Positions 63,327 through 64,000 of a stretch of DNA of 64,000 bases are shown here, in pieces; position 1 is the first letter of the stretch, and every line of letters starts with the position of its first letter. Origin of the DNA: an uncultured Actinomycetes bacterium (GTDB taxonomy: Bacteria; Actinomycetota; UBA4738; HRBIN12); assembly GCA_963708985.1 (NCBI GenBank), contig CAVPUQ010000001.1, positions 330,405-394,404 of the forward strand, given 5' to 3'. The position numbers and the translations under genes were made by a program. Under the pieces are notes generated by a model. That model saw only the letters and a list, made by a program, of their open reading frames with translations, did no database searches and was not told where the DNA came from.

Positions 63327-63899
63327 TCAAGGTTCGGTGAGCGCCCGCCACTCTCGGTCGAGGAGCGCGTAGACGAGCTCGCTCTGCCACTCGTCCTTGA
63401 CCCACTCGTTCTCGACGAGGTGCGCCTCGCGCCGCATGCCGAGCTTCTCCATCACGCGGGCCGAGGCGGCGTTGCGGGCTTCGGCGCGGCCGATGACGCG
63501 GTGCAGACCCACGTCCTCGAACGCGATGCGGAGCAGAGGCCGGGTCATCTCGGCCGCGTACCCGCGACCCTGGTGCTCGGGATGCACGATGAACCCGATC
63601 TCGCCGAGGGCGTGCTCGCGGCTCAGCCACTGCAGGACGACGTCGCCGACGACCTCGCCCGTGGCCCCGAGCTCGGCGGCGAGGGCCAGGACGTCCCCCT
63701 CGTCGCGGAGCGCTCGGAAGCCGATCCGCCGCTCGAGCGCGTCGCGAGCCTCGGACTCGGTCTGCGGTTCCCAGTAGGTGTACAGGGCGACCTCCGGGCG
63801 CGAGCGCATGTCGAACACGGCATCGAAGTCGTGAGCCTCGAAGGCGCGCAGCCGCAGCCGCTCGGTCTGGATCGGACCCGTGTACTGGAACCCGGCCAC
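63327..63899 (-). CDS. GNAT family N-acetyltransferase (RimJ/RimL type)
   Basis: ..TERLRLRAFEAHDFDAVF...IGFIVHPEHQGRGYAAEM...HRVIGRAEARNAASARVMEKLGMRRE.. The start is chosen at GTG 63899 after GGGAGGAG; the track ORF extends to 63977. Confidence 0.85.
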   Translation of the reverse strand: MAGFQYTGPIQTERLRLRAFEAHDFDAVFDMRSRPEVALYTYWEPQTESEARDALERRIGFRALRDEGDVLALAAELGATGEVVGDVVLQWLSREHALGEIGFIVHPEHQGRGYAAEMTRPLLRIAFEDVGLHRVIGRAEARNAASARVMEKLGMRREAHLVENEWVKDEWQSELVYALLDREWRALTEP

Positions 63900-64000
63900 C
63901 GCTCCTCCCTCGCCCACGTCGGAGCGGACGATAGTACGGTGCGGTCGTGACGGACGCAGCGCTCGATCGGGCAGCATGGCTCCGTGAGCTCCGGCGGGTG

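Noticed and set aside
1-64000. Mobile elements, prophage, integrons, restriction-modification, CRISPR-Cas, rRNA and tRNA genes
   Set aside because: Scanning the ORF translations and all intergenic gaps above about 70 nt, I saw no transposase, integrase, recombinase, Cas, methyltransferase or helicase signatures and no tRNA-like T-arm (GGTTCGAATCC-type) sequences. This was visual inspection only, so small or degenerate elements could have been missed.

Overview
Very GC-rich (about 70% by eye, not computed) chromosomal segment with Actinomycetota-type gene content: ino1 behind a PadR regulator, a PAC2 protein, an MprAB/PepD-like envelope-stress module, frequent GTGA/ATGA start-stop overlaps, and several apparently leaderless genes. 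I recognise about 75 protein-coding genes. I found no rRNA, tRNA, CRISPR array, transposase, integrase or phage gene.

Content is housekeeping-to-accessory:
- Transport and regulators: MarR plus MFS, TetR plus a small membrane protein, and four ArsR-type regulators.
- Three two-component systems.
- A lipoprotein / PG-binding HlyD-like adaptor / MacB-type ABC export operon.
- Many small detox or stress folds (SnoaL-like, SRPBCC, VOC, PPOX, YciI-like).
- Redox and hydrolytic enzymes: GH4, PQQ sugar dehydrogenase, LLM oxidoreductase, P450, amine oxidase, amidohydrolase, agmatinase, mgsA.
- Two type II toxin-antitoxin loci (Xre/DUF2384 with RES, and RHH with MazF), and a Fic locus with a VapC remnant.

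I did not find a large, obviously new multi-gene system, and no helicase, nuclease or ATPase defence-type genes. The observations most worth a second look are:
1. Reading-frame breaks are strongly patchy. About 20 genes are hit, some several times, while more than 40 kb is intact. This is most simply an assembly-quality artefact.
2. A roughly 105-110 nt promoter-plus-hairpin element occurs twice in direct orientation, bracketing a four-gene block.
3. The RES/Xre locus has an unusually long antitoxin, a perfect 17-bp tandem duplication in its promoter, and a possible third small membrane gene.
4. The lower-GC Fic locus carries a repeated TACCCAAGG motif.
5. A conserved hypothetical protein has a papain-fold (PPPDE-like) motif pattern but Ser where the Cys would be.

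CDS coordinates were derived from the ORF track by residue counting. Coordinates of non-coding motifs may be off by 1-2 nt.
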